Below are positions 17,366-26,881 of a stretch of DNA of 44,146 nt, in pieces. The stretch lies in the NCBI GenBank assembly GCA_903863395.1, contig CAIPBW010000160.1:1-44146 (forward strand), read 5' to 3'. The notes under the pieces were generated by a model. It did not search any database, was not told where the DNA came from, and saw only the letters and a program-made list of their open reading frames with translations. Source of the DNA: an uncultured beta proteobacterium (GTDB lineage: Bacteria > Pseudomonadota > Gammaproteobacteria > Burkholderiales > Burkholderiaceae_C). The translations under genes were made by a program, and so were the position numbers. The number at the start of each line of letters is the position of its first letter. Positions within the stretch are counted from its first letter, which is position 1.

Positions 17366-18390
17366 TTGCTGCGCGACGCCCGGTAAGCGCTCAGATGGGC
17401 GAAGACTTCGTCAAACGTATCCTGCGGAACCATGGTTCCGCGAATGCGGGGGTAAAGTTTTTCTGAAAGTTCGTTCCACTCCCGCATCTGCTCTGGCGTG
17501 GGCCGGTTCACCACCAAGCCTCTTTTCTTCATCGCAGCTACCGCGTCTTCCACTTCCTGTCGCGCCTTGGTTCTGATTTCCAGACCGGCCTTGTCGCCCG
17601 CTGCGCGCACGGCGGATTGCACGTTGGCAGGCATCTCGTCCCACGCCTTTTTGGTCACCACCAGTGCGCCCACGATGGGAGCCCAATTGATCTCGAGCAT
17701 GTTGGGGGCGCTGTTGTAGATCTGGCTTGCCAGCGCGAAATAGGGGGTGGAAGGCACTACATTGATCATGCCCGTTTGAATTGACGGCAAGATGTCGCTG
17801 GTCTCCAATGGCACCGGGGTGTAGCCCAGGCTCTTCATGATGTCCTGCTGCTCAGGCTCTGATCCCCAGGCAAAGAACTTCATCTTCTTGTAGTCGCCTG
17901 GTCGAAACGCAGGCTCCTTGGAGAAAAACCTTACCCAGCCGGAGTCGCCCCAGGCAAGAACGACAAATCCCTTGTCCAGGAACTTCTTTTCCATGGGCAT
18001 ACGCATCTTCTCGCGCACGTAATCCACTTCGTCCCAGTCCTTGAACAGCAGGGGCAGGTTCTGCAGTGCGCCAATGGAAGGCTCGATTTCGCGCAGGCCA
18101 ACGACCGAAATCAGCGCGCCCTGCAATTGGCCAATGCGCATGCGCCGCGCCATTTCGGCCTCGCCACCCTGACTGCCGTCGGTATAGATCACGTACTTCG
18201 CCGCACCCCCTTGAGCGCTGCGCCAGACCTCGCCAATTTCCTGCAACTGCCGGTGGTAGAGCGAATTCTTGGGTGCCAGGGTACCAATGCGCAATTGCTT
18301 TTCGGCGGCGTGTGCCGCTGTGGGTCCGATCAGCGTCGCAAGCGCCACCGCACAGCAAGCGAGCAATCGTGAAAATCTGAAGTAGGTCAT
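17362..18390 (-). CDS. dctP: TRAP substrate-binding protein DctP (TatP_T type)
   Basis: Signal peptide ending AHA; LRIGTLAPKNS, GGEAEMARRMRIGQLQ; GTGA overlap with the permease gene. Confidence 0.92.
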   Translation of the reverse strand: MTYFRFSRLLACCAVALATLIGPTAAHAAEKQLRIGTLAPKNSLYHRQLQEIGEVWRSAQGGAAKYVIYTDGSQGGEAEMARRMRIGQLQGALISVVGLREIEPSIGALQNLPLLFKDWDEVDYVREKMRMPMEKKFLDKGFVVLAWGDSGWVRFFSKEPAFRPGDYKKMKFFAWGSEPEQQDIMKSLGYTPVPLETSDILPSIQTGMINVVPSTPYFALASQIYNSAPNMLEINWAPIVGALVVTKKAWDEMPANVQSAVRAAGDKAGLEIRTKARQEVEDAVAAMKKRGLVVNRPTPEQMREWNELSEKLYPRIRGTMVPQDTFDEVFAHLSAYRASRSK

Positions 18391-18403
18391 CGTCAGTGTC
18401 TGG

Positions 18404-19285
18404 TTAGAAAAGATCATCGGCGGTATCGAGTAGCCACTGGGCACGTTCGCCCATCACGCTGTTTTGCAAATTGCGCGTGCCCTTGCTGGCAAGCAGTGCC
18501 TGGCGTAGCAGGGCTTCAAATGCTGCGCGGTCACCCGCCGCCAGGGCGATGCCTTCGGCCTTGGCAACATAGGCACCAGCATTCTTTCCTCCGCCCAGGG
18601 CTATTGCCCGATCAAAGTAGCGCGCTGCCTCTTGTACCGAGCCAGCGGGTCGGGCGGCTTCAAGACTGCCCATCAGGCTGGCCAGTGCACCTTCGCTGAA
18701 GTCGGGTTGCACTTGCCAGAGTATTTTTGCAAGGCGTACGACCAGCGGCAAATCTGCCACCACGTCGGGGTCGTCCTTGGACAAGGCAATCACACTGGCC
18801 CAGGAGGCCGCGGCCCAATACGCCACGGGAACCTGATCCGGCTGTATGCGGGGCCAGTCGCTCGCGTTGGCGCTCGCGAGGGCCTTGGCAAAGCCTGGCG
18901 TCTGTTGCTCCAGACATGCCAGCGCATGGTGCTGGGCGCGCTGGTATAGCCTGAGTGCGCGCTCCCGCAGTTTCTGCGCAGCCTTGGCGTCCCTGGACTC
19001 GGTACGCTCGGCTTCGAATTGAACGAAGGCATAGGCGTATTGCGTAAACCCGCCGGCAACAGCGACGGCCAGGTTCGCATTGCCGGGCACCTGGTTGAGC
19101 AAGGACTCTGACAACTTGAGATAAAAAGCGCTGGCCTCGCGCGCCAGCACCAGATCATCCTCAGCGTCGGTTTGCTGGTTGGCAAGCTCGCTGGCTACGC
19201 CCCGGACGATCAGGTACCGGGGTGAGCACGCGCAACACAGCAGCACGGCTGCCAAAAGCCATACGAAACCCGCTAGGCGCGTCAT
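18404..19285 (-). CDS. TRAP transporter TatT component (TPR-like lipoprotein)
   Basis: Lipobox CCAC; EDDLVLAREASAFYLKLSESLL, FTQYAYAFV, YWAAASWAS, all-helical; immediately precedes dctP-dctQM as in TPAT systems. Confidence 0.88.
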   Translation of the reverse strand: MTRLAGFVWLLAAVLLCCACSPRYLIVRGVASELANQQTDAEDDLVLAREASAFYLKLSESLLNQVPGNANLAVAVAGGFTQYAYAFVQFEAERTESRDAKAAQKLRERALRLYQRAQHHALACLEQQTPGFAKALASANASDWPRIQPDQVPVAYWAAASWASVIALSKDDPDVVADLPLVVRLAKILWQVQPDFSEGALASLMGSLEAARPAGSVQEAARYFDRAIALGGGKNAGAYVAKAEGIALAAGDRAAFEALLRQALLASKGTRNLQNSVMGERAQWLLDTADDLF

Positions 19286-19316
19286 TCAGGCCGGTCTTCC
19301 ACCGGCCTTCGCCGGG

Positions 19317-19937
19317 TCATGCATGGGATTGCGTCGCCTCATGGCCTTCGAGCGGGTCATAGCGCTGGCCGGCCATCAGGGCCAGCGGAGACCTCCAGTA
19401 CGTGGCGATGTTGTGGAATGGGTCCAGAAGAATCTTGACCGCCCACGCCAGGCCCCAAGCAGGCCCACGCAGGACAAACAGGTGCAAGGTGCGAAAGATC
19501 AGGCCGCCCGCGCCCAACAGCAACCAGAACAGGCCAACGTCGTGGACATAGCCATTGAAGCCGACAGCAGGTTCGATCAACCCGAAGAGGCGCGGCGACA
19601 GTGCCAGCAGCACAGGCACGCACAGCCAGACAGAAATCAGCACCGCCTTGCGACGCATGTTGTAGCCGGCCTTGATTGATTCCTTGTATTCGTAAGTAGT
19701 GTCGTTGATCTGGTCGAAGCCGCGCGGCTCAAAGAAGATGTGGCCGGACTGACGCGTCACCATTCCTACCAGCCACCCCACGATGCCGGCGGTGGCCGGA
19801 TCGATGAACAGCAAGCAGTATGCGCACAGGAAACTGATGGCGCTGATCAGGTGCAGCGTCTGGTTGATGCGGCATTGGTGGTAGTAGCGATGATCATCCC
19901 ACTGCAGTATCCTGACTTTTTCCGAGAAATCTTGCAT
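19317..19937 (-). CDS. Mpo1/DUF962-like membrane protein
   Basis: YYHQCRINQTLH and RQSGHIFFE His motifs typical of Mpo1-like proteins; about 4 TM; AGGAG SD. Confidence 0.75.
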   Translation of the reverse strand: MQDFSEKVRILQWDDHRYYHQCRINQTLHLISAISFLCAYCLLFIDPATAGIVGWLVGMVTRQSGHIFFEPRGFDQINDTTYEYKESIKAGYNMRRKAVLISVWLCVPVLLALSPRLFGLIEPAVGFNGYVHDVGLFWLLLGAGGLIFRTLHLFVLRGPAWGLAWAVKILLDPFHNIATYWRSPLALMAGQRYDPLEGHEATQSHA

Positions 19938-19992
19938 TGCGTTGGCTCCTTAACAAATGAAGAATCGGTGATCTGAGCGTCGTCCAAGCCGC

Positions 19993-20026
19993 AATATAGA
20001 AAGCAACTGTGACAACTTGATTACCG
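19993..20026 (-). promoter_or_regulatory. Pho-box promoter of the Mpo1-like/TPAT operon (CGGTAAT-CAAG-TTGTCAC, 10 bp, TATATT)
   Basis: Heptamer pair plus a strong -10. Confidence 0.7.
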
Positions 20027-20077
20027 TGTAGATGACATTTGCGTGAATGCGTTGGCGCGGGCAGACGCAATCACTTT

Positions 20078-20111
20078 CCGTCATAAAACTGTAGCGTCGG
20101 TCCGTGACACT
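20078..20111 (+). promoter_or_regulatory. Pho-box promoter of ugd (CCGTCAT-AAAA-CTGTAGC, 10 bp, GACACT)
   Basis: Near-consensus Pho box with AAAA spacer. Confidence 0.7.
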
Positions 20112-20142
20112 TCGGTGGCAATTTGCATCGAAGAGGATCAAC

Positions 20143-21465
20143 ATGAAGATTACTGTGATCGGCACCGGCTACGTTGGTCTGGTGACGGGGGCCTGTCTTT
20201 CGGACGTGGGCAATGACGTTACTTGCTTTGACACCGACAAGGACAAGGTCAGGGCGCTGCAGTCAGGGCAGATCCCGATTTACGAGCCCGGATTGCAGGC
20301 CATGGTGGAGCGCAACATGCATGCAGGTCGGCTGCACTTCACCGATGACATTGCGCTTGCGACCAAGTTTGGCACGATTCAGTTTATTGCAGTAGGAACT
20401 CCACAGGGGGAAGACGGCAGTGCCGATGTCCGCCATGTCCTGCAGGCAGCCAGCAACATAGGCAAGTACATGACCGACTACAAGGTCGTGGTGGACAAGA
20501 GCACGGTCCCGGTGGGCACGGCCGACGCAGTTCGCCAGGCCATCCTGGCGGAACTGAAAGCGCGCGGCGCAAATACACCGTTCAGTGTGGTGTCCAACCC
20601 CGAGTTTTTGAAAGAAGGCGCAGCACTGGACGACTTCATGCGCCCGGGGCGCATCGTCCTGGGTTGTGACGACGAGCAGGCAGAGTTGAACATGCGCGCG
20701 TTGTATGCGCCGTTTCAGCGCCATCACGATCGTTTGATTCTGATGGACGTTCGCAGCGCGGAACTCACCAAGTACGCCGCCAATGCCATGCTCGCAACGC
20801 GGATCAGCTTCATGAACGAACTGGCCAACCTGGCAGAGAAACTCGGTGCCGACATCGAACATGTGCGCAAGGGAATCGGCAGCGATCCGCGCATCGGCTA
20901 CGACTTTCTTTACGCCGGTGCCGGATATGGTGGCTCGTGTTTTCCAAAGGACGTCAAGGCGTTGATCAAATTTGCCGCTGAAGACGGTGGCATCAATCTT
21001 TCCGTGTTGCACGCGGTTGAGACTGCCAACCAACACCAGAAGCGCGTGCTGGCCAATAAGATCAAGGCGCGCTTTGGAGAAAACCTCGAAGGTCTGCACT
21101 TCGCGATCTGGGGCCTGGCTTTCAAGGCCAACACGGACGATATGCGCGAAGCCAGCAGCCTCACCGTGATTCAAGATCTGCTGGTTGCAGGAGCCACGGT
21201 GACCGCCTACGATCCGGTGGCAACCGACCAGGCCAAACGCGTGTTGCCACAGGACGACCGGGTACGCTTTGCCAGTACCCAGATTGGCGCGCTGGAGGGT
21301 GCCGATGCGCTGGTGATCGTCACCGAGTGGAAAGAATTTCGCAGCCCGGACTTCGACCACATCAAAGCCAGCCTCAATAATCCCGTGATCTTTGACGGGC
21401 GCAACCTCTACGATCCGAAGTGGGTTCGAAGCCTTGGATTTGAATACTTTGCCATAGGCCGATGA
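20143..21465 (+). CDS. ugd: UDP-glucose 6-dehydrogenase
   Basis: [12 protein letters not shown] Rossmann motif, [19 protein letters not shown] catalytic Cys, [10 protein letters not shown]; GAGGA SD. Confidence 0.96.
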   Translation: MKITVIGTGYVGLVTGACLSDVGNDVTCFDTDKDKVRALQSGQIPIYEPGLQAMVERNMHAGRLHFTDDIALATKFGTIQFIAVGTPQGEDGSADVRHVLQAASNIGKYMTDYKVVVDKSTVPVGTADAVRQAILAELKARGANTPFSVVSNPEFLKEGAALDDFMRPGRIVLGCDDEQAELNMRALYAPFQRHHDRLILMDVRSAELTKYAANAMLATRISFMNELANLAEKLGADIEHVRKGIGSDPRIGYDFLYAGAGYGGSCFPKDVKALIKFAAEDGGINLSVLHAVETANQHQKRVLANKIKARFGENLEGLHFAIWGLAFKANTDDMREASSLTVIQDLLVAGATVTAYDPVATDQAKRVLPQDDRVRFASTQIGALEGADALVIVTEWKEFRSPDFDHIKASLNNPVIFDGRNLYDPKWVRSLGFEYFAIGR

Positions 21466-21492
21466 GCAGCGGCTTGCACCGCGAGGCAGTAC

Positions 21493-23157
21493 CTAAAACT
21501 TCGCCGCAAGCATCTCGCGCAGAATCCGTCGCCGGATCGACTTGTTGCTTGCCTCCTCATCCTTCCACCACCATCCGTCGGACTTCATAATCAGTGCAGC
21601 CCGCACAAAACGTGTGCTTACTTCCTCGAAGTCTGCTTCTGTGTAGTTCAAGGCAAAAATGATTCTTCCAGTCCCCACCCAGCTCAAAGCCAAACCTTCA
21701 AGGCGCAAATAGTGTTGAAACAGCCAGTTGAAGCAGGCCGGTCGGGTGTACAGAATCGTCCAGATGGAAGACATGTTGGCCACTCTTACCGGAACGTCTG
21801 CGCTCGCCAGTTGCTCGTTGAGGCGTTGCGCGCGGGAGTCCCATGTCTGATCGATGTCCGTGTACAGGCGGGCGATGTCCGGGTCATCCAGGCGCAGGAG
21901 GAAGGCGTTCATCGCTCCCATCACGTAGGGATGCGAGTTGAACGTGCCACGCGCAAAGCAGACGTCAGCAGGTGCGTCTTCGCGAAAGCGCTTCATCCAC
22001 TCGCGCTTGCCGCAGACTGCGCCGATTGGCAAACCGCCAGCGATGGTCTTGCCATAGGTCACCATGTCCGCACGCACACCAAAATACTCCTGGGCTCCGC
22101 CACGCGCCAATCGGAATCCGACAAAAACCTCGTCAAAGATGAGCGCAATGCCACGCGCATCACAAATGCTGCGAAGCTGCGCAAGCCACGCGGCGTACTC
22201 GGGTTTCGAGAACCGCGCATTTCGGGAGCTGTCAAGCAGCGAGCCGTCAGAAGGTGCCGCAGCATTGGGGTGCAGCGCCTGCAGCGGATTGATGAGAATG
22301 CAAGCAATGTCTGTGCGCTTGCGCAAGACCCGCAAGGTGGCCTCGCTCATCTCGGCCAGGGTAAAGGTATCACGCGCGGGCACGGGGTTGCCAATGCCAG
22401 GCTGAACATCACCCCACCAGCCATGGTAGGAGCCACAAAAGCGGACAATCTTGCTCCGTCTGGAATGGTATCGGGCCAGGCGAACTGCCTGCATCACCGC
22501 CTCCGTGCCCGACATGTGAAACGAAATTTCGTCCATGCCGGAGATACGCAGCAGTCGTTGTACGTTGTCCTGGATCACCGGATGGTACGAACCGAGCACG
22601 GGTCCGAGGTCGCGCACGGTTTGGACGCCTGTGTCGATGCACTGTTTGTAAAAGTCATTGCCAAAGACGTTTACACCGTAGGAGCCAGTCAGATCGAAAA
22701 ACTGATTGCCATCCAGATCGGTGAGACTCACGCCCTCACTCGCCTGCATCACAGACCCGATCTGGAGTCGCCCCTGAACCAGCTTGCGAAATTGAAACGG
22801 AACCCGGTAGGCGCTGACAAACTGAAGGTCCGACAGGCCCTTGGCAATGTCCGAGCCAGCTTGCAGGGTTTTCGGGTATTGCGTCTGAAAGCGGGTGACC
22901 AAGTCCGCAAAGGCTGCTGTTCTTGCCGCCACCACTTCTGCTGGCGCGTTGTCGATGCCAAACGCGTTTGCTTCGTCATACGTGTACCTGGGCATGAGCG
23001 ATGCGATACGTTTGGCCGTGCGCGGATGCCCGGCCAGCGAGCGATGCTTTGCCAGCGACAGTTCCAGCCGAGATTTGGCTTTTCCCAAAATGCCAAACAA
23101 TACGGCTGCAGCGGCTGCATAAAGCGCGATGGTTTCTAATGTGGGCAGATTTGACAC
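21493..23157 (-). CDS. Class III PLP-dependent aminotransferase (GSA-aminomutase-like) with N-terminal membrane anchor
   Basis: DLDGN, MSGTEAV, GSYHG, IFDEVFVGFR, TYGKTIAGG (PLP Lys), GTFNSHP; 554 aa; GGAGG SD before GTG. Confidence 0.9.
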   Translation of the reverse strand: MSNLPTLETIALYAAAAAVLFGILGKAKSRLELSLAKHRSLAGHPRTAKRIASLMPRYTYDEANAFGIDNAPAEVVAARTAAFADLVTRFQTQYPKTLQAGSDIAKGLSDLQFVSAYRVPFQFRKLVQGRLQIGSVMQASEGVSLTDLDGNQFFDLTGSYGVNVFGNDFYKQCIDTGVQTVRDLGPVLGSYHPVIQDNVQRLLRISGMDEISFHMSGTEAVMQAVRLARYHSRRSKIVRFCGSYHGWWGDVQPGIGNPVPARDTFTLAEMSEATLRVLRKRTDIACILINPLQALHPNAAAPSDGSLLDSSRNARFSKPEYAAWLAQLRSICDARGIALIFDEVFVGFRLARGGAQEYFGVRADMVTYGKTIAGGLPIGAVCGKREWMKRFREDAPADVCFARGTFNSHPYVMGAMNAFLLRLDDPDIARLYTDIDQTWDSRAQRLNEQLASADVPVRVANMSSIWTILYTRPACFNWLFQHYLRLEGLALSWVGTGRIIFALNYTEADFEEVSTRFVRAALIMKSDGWWWKDEEASNKSIRRRILREMLAAKF

Positions 23158-23202
23158 AGGCTAACACCTCCAACTTGGTTCACGCTTCGAGAACGTAATG
23201 AA

Positions 23203-24090
23203 ATGAGCATTCGAAAAGACATACAGTCCCTGTTGCATCAGGAAGACCTGAACTTTCTCCTGACCAATCGCATCCCGCGTCGGCTGCTGACGCGCTTTAT
23301 GGGTTGGTTCAGCAAGATCGAGCAGCCGCTGATACGGGATGCGTCGATTGCGGTCTGGAAATTTTTCAGCGATCTTGACCTGAGTGAAGCCAAGCAAGTC
23401 CGTTTCAAGAGCATGCACGACTGCTTCACGCGCGAATTGAAAGACGGTGCAAGGCCGATTGACGGCAGTGACTCCGTTGTTACCAGTCCCGTGGACGCAA
23501 TCATCGGCGCAAACGGCCCCATCTGTGATGGCCAGGTTTTTCAGGCCAAGGGCTTCCCGTATGCGCTGGCGGATCTGCTCGGAGCGGATGAGGACCTGGG
23601 CGATTGGCGCGACGGATACTTCGTGACGCTGCGCCTGAGCGCGAGCATGTACCACCGGTTTCACGCTCCATACGATTGCACGGTAGAAAAGGTGCGCTAT
23701 TTTTCTGGCGATACCTGGAACGTCAATCCGATTGCCCTGAAGAGAGTTGAGCGCTTGTTTTGCAAGAACGAGCGTGCCTTTATCAGCACCAGAATTCACG
23801 CTGCTGGGCCATTTGCCGACAAGCGCATCGCGCTGATTCCCGTGGCCGCAATTTTGGTTGCCAGCATCCGGCTGCACTTTCTCGACGTTTTGTTCCACTT
23901 GAAGTATTCGGGGCCTCAATCGATTGCGTGCAATGCACACTTCACCAAAGGGCAGGAGATGGGTTGGTTCCAGCATGGCTCCACAGTCATTGTTCTTGCA
24001 CCCAAGGGATTTGCGCTCTGCGAAGGCTTAGAGCAAGGTCTGCAGGTTCGAATGGGCCAGGCGCTGCTGGGCCTTGCCGCTCTGCCCTGA
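23203..24090 (+). CDS. psd: Phosphatidylserine decarboxylase-family pyruvoyl enzyme
   Basis: FTRELKDGARP, SPVD, YHRFHAP, NER; self-cleavage site FQHGST (His where E. coli has Leu). Confidence 0.88.
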   Translation: MSIRKDIQSLLHQEDLNFLLTNRIPRRLLTRFMGWFSKIEQPLIRDASIAVWKFFSDLDLSEAKQVRFKSMHDCFTRELKDGARPIDGSDSVVTSPVDAIIGANGPICDGQVFQAKGFPYALADLLGADEDLGDWRDGYFVTLRLSASMYHRFHAPYDCTVEKVRYFSGDTWNVNPIALKRVERLFCKNERAFISTRIHAAGPFADKRIALIPVAAILVASIRLHFLDVLFHLKYSGPQSIACNAHFTKGQEMGWFQHGSTVIVLAPKGFALCEGLEQGLQVRMGQALLGLAALP

Positions 24091-25314
24091 CTGCCGTGGG
24101 GTGCCACCCGTGGCAGCAAACCCGCGCCCGTGCATTTGCACGGCACACGACAAGGTGTGCAGGAAGCTGTCGTAGACCGCACCCCATGCCAGATAAGCGA
24201 CGCTTTGCACGACCACAGCCTGCATCTGCGTGCGCTGCTGCAGGTTTGTTGACACTTCCACCGCTGCATTGACAAACGCCAGTTCGTCGCCGGGCGCAAC
24301 GAGTACGCCATTGATACCACTGTCGATCAGTTCCTTGGCGGCTGCGATGTCGTAGGACACTACGGCCAGTCCGCTGGCCATGGCTTCGGGAACTACGTTT
24401 CCAAAGGTTTCAGTCAAACTGGGGAACAAAAACAGATCGCCTGAGGCATAGTGCGCGGCCAGATCTTCACCCTTGCGTGTGCCCGCAAAATGGGCTTCCG
24501 GCACGGACTCTTCCAAGGGCTTGCGCAGCGGCCCATCGCCGACCAGGACCAGCTTTGCGTTGGGCACCCGGGCGCGAATCGCCCGAAACGCCGACACCAC
24601 CAAGCCTACGTTTTTTTCTTTGGCAAGGCGCCCGACCAGCACCACCACCAGATCTTGCGGCCCGGCACCCCAGCTTTCGCGCAAGGCAGCCGAGCGTCGT
24701 GCAGGATTGAACTGCTCCGTAGCCACCCCTCGCGAGAGCAAGGTCACATTCTCGTAACCGCACCGCTGCAACTCCTGCATCATCGCCTTGGTCGGCACCA
24801 TGGTGGCCATCGTCTTGTTGTGCAGCTTGCGCAGGTACGACTCGATGGGTGCCTTGAGCAATCCAATTCCATAGTGTGGCGAATAGCGCTGAAAATTGGT
24901 GTGGTAAGAACTGGTAACCGGCAGTTGAAGCTTGCGCGCAGCGGCCACCGCCGACCATCCCAGGGGCCCCTCGGTTACGACGTGAACCACATCGGGACGC
25001 TGTTCGCTCCAAAGCTTGATCAAACGCCCCCTGGAGGGCATTCCGAACTGCAGATCCCCATAGGCAGGCAATGGGACGCCGCGCGACAAGACTTCATCGA
25101 GACCAGCGCGCTGTTGATGGGTTGCGTCGCGCGGTTGGCGCGGGCGCACCACTTGCAACGAATGCCCTCGCTCCAGCACACCCTCCACGATGCGTCCAAG
25201 GGTCATCGCGACACCATTGACTTCTGGCGGAAAGGTTTCGGTCACGATCGCAATCCGCAAGGGGACGGACTCAGACGCAAAGGAATCAACGGTGAGTTCT
25301 TGGGTACTGTTCAT
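24028..25314 (-). CDS. GT4 glycosyltransferase (Agt/PimB-like, candidate glycolipid synthase)
   Basis: RIAIVTETFPPEVNGVA, SYHTNF, VGRLAKEKN, FPSLTETFGNVVPEAMASG. Confidence 0.92.
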   Translation of the reverse strand: MNSTQELTVDSFASESVPLRIAIVTETFPPEVNGVAMTLGRIVEGVLERGHSLQVVRPRQPRDATHQQRAGLDEVLSRGVPLPAYGDLQFGMPSRGRLIKLWSEQRPDVVHVVTEGPLGWSAVAAARKLQLPVTSSYHTNFQRYSPHYGIGLLKAPIESYLRKLHNKTMATMVPTKAMMQELQRCGYENVTLLSRGVATEQFNPARRSAALRESWGAGPQDLVVVLVGRLAKEKNVGLVVSAFRAIRARVPNAKLVLVGDGPLRKPLEESVPEAHFAGTRKGEDLAAHYASGDLFLFPSLTETFGNVVPEAMASGLAVVSYDIAAAKELIDSGINGVLVAPGDELAFVNAAVEVSTNLQQRTQMQAVVVQSVAYLAWGAVYDSFLHTLSCAVQMHGRGFAATGGTPRQSGQSGKAQQRLAHSNLQTLL

Positions 25315-25321
25315 GGCCGCA

Positions 25322-25355
25322 AGACTACGCAGCAATGATGACAATTTGATGATTG
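25322..25355 (-). promoter_or_regulatory. Pho-box promoter of the GT4 gene (CAATCAT-CAAA-TTGTCAT, 10 bp, TAGTCT), probably leaderless
   Basis: -10 ends 7 nt before ATG25314; no SD. Confidence 0.7.
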
Positions 25356-25377
25356 TCTTTTTCTGCCAACGAAAACC

Positions 25378-26616
25378 TCACATCGCAGGCTCAGCGATTG
25401 GTAGCGTTGATTTTGAGACCGCATACAGAATGGCCATGGGGCACGCCACCAGGATGCCAAAACCGATGATCAGCGGGTAGAGCGGTATGTCGAGTGCAAT
25501 CGTCGCCGCGTAGATGCACAGCATCAGTAGCATTCCTGCGTTTTCGTTGAAGCCCTGCACCGCAATCGAGCGCCCCGCAGTCAGCAAGGTGCAGCCGCGA
25601 TGTTGCAGCATCGCATTCATGGGTACCACGAAGAACCCTGCCAAGGCACCCACAATGATCAGCAACACCACCGCCCAGGTGACGCTGTGCACCAACAAGA
25701 GCAGTGGCACCATCGCCCCCAGCGCCACTCCCAGAGGCAAGACGCGCGCCGCGTTCGCCAAAGCGACAAACTTGCTTGCAGCCAGAGCTCCAGCGATCAC
25801 TCCGACAGCCGTTACCCCCTGCAGATAAGCGGCCTGGGCCAGAGGAAGACCTAGCGCCTCAGTGGCCCAGCGCAGCACGATCAGTTGAAGCGTTGCGCCA
25901 ACGCCCCAGATCAAGGTCGTAACGGCCATCGACAAGCCCCCCTGGCGATCAAGCCAGAGTGTCAGATTCTCGCGATGGAAGCGCTGTACCAATTTGATGG
26001 GGTGTGGTGTACAGGCGCCATAACGCGCTCCGCTGTCGGTCACCCCGATGCTCAACAGGGTAGCCAAGGAGTTCAGGATGAGCAGGATGAACATCCCTGC
26101 GACAAACCTGGTTTGGGCTGCGCCGAACCAGGACAGGGCTTGCGACGCACCGCTGTTGGTCAGCATCGGGCTCACCAGCACGCCGCCCAAGGCGGTTCCC
26201 ATGATCACTGCGGTTACCGTAACGCCTTCAAAATAGCCGTTGGCAATGACCAGGTCCTTGGCTGGCAATAGCTCGGTAATCAACCCGTACTTGGCTGGCG
26301 CATACATGGCGGCACCCAGGCCCGCAATTCCGATGGCCATCAGCGGATGTGCGCCGCTGAGCAGTATCAGCATTGCAATGACTTTCAGGATATTGGCCAG
26401 CAACATGACGTGGCCTTTGCGTAGCGCGTCTGCCAGCGGGCCCACAAAGGGCGCGAGTACAACATAGAACAGCGTGAAGCCCATTTTCAGCACGGGGATC
26501 AACCATTCCACGTTGCCCAACTCCAAAGTTCTACCGATAGCAAGAATCAGGAATGCGTTATCGGCGATCGATGATATGAACTGCACCACCAGCACGAGAT
26601 AGAAAGTCTTTGGCAT
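25378..26616 (-). CDS. lplT: Lysophospholipid transporter LplT (MFS)
   Basis: QFISSIADNA, LAPFVGPLAD, YAPAKYG, VVPMNAMLQHRG, SIAVQGFNEN; start MPKTFY. Confidence 0.9.
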   Translation of the reverse strand: MPKTFYLVLVVQFISSIADNAFLILAIGRTLELGNVEWLIPVLKMGFTLFYVVLAPFVGPLADALRKGHVMLLANILKVIAMLILLSGAHPLMAIGIAGLGAAMYAPAKYGLITELLPAKDLVIANGYFEGVTVTAVIMGTALGGVLVSPMLTNSGASQALSWFGAAQTRFVAGMFILLILNSLATLLSIGVTDSGARYGACTPHPIKLVQRFHRENLTLWLDRQGGLSMAVTTLIWGVGATLQLIVLRWATEALGLPLAQAAYLQGVTAVGVIAGALAASKFVALANAARVLPLGVALGAMVPLLLLVHSVTWAVVLLIIVGALAGFFVVPMNAMLQHRGCTLLTAGRSIAVQGFNENAGMLLMLCIYAATIALDIPLYPLIIGFGILVACPMAILYAVSKSTLPIAEPAM

Positions 26617-26726
26617 TCGAATAGGGCTCGGTGTGTCAGGCGATGCGATGAGCTTGCATTGCGCAAGGCGGGCGTGGTTTGCTATCCCTGTCGTGTCAGC
26701 GCTTCCAAGAACGCTGTGTGGCACGG

Positions 26727-26771
26727 ATGCTAATGACGAAATATGACGTTCCCGTGAATATTGCGTGTCAC
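26727..26771 (-). promoter_or_regulatory. Pho-box promoter of lplT (GTGACAC-GCAA-TATTCAC-GGGA-ACGTCAT, 10 bp, TAGCAT)
   Basis: Three in-phase degenerate heptamers plus -10. Confidence 0.6.
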
Positions 26772-26881
26772 GCATAAACCAAGCGCGCGATTGCCCCGCA
26801 ATCGGCTAAAGTGACGCGGCAGGCACATTCTCGTGCGGCCAAAGATTGCAGCCTGCATACGTTGAACCGGTCACGAATGCC

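Noticed and set aside
21493-23157. Calling the aminotransferase hemL
   Set aside because: Much longer than HemL, membrane-anchored, and no tetrapyrrole genes nearby; only family-level similarity is supported
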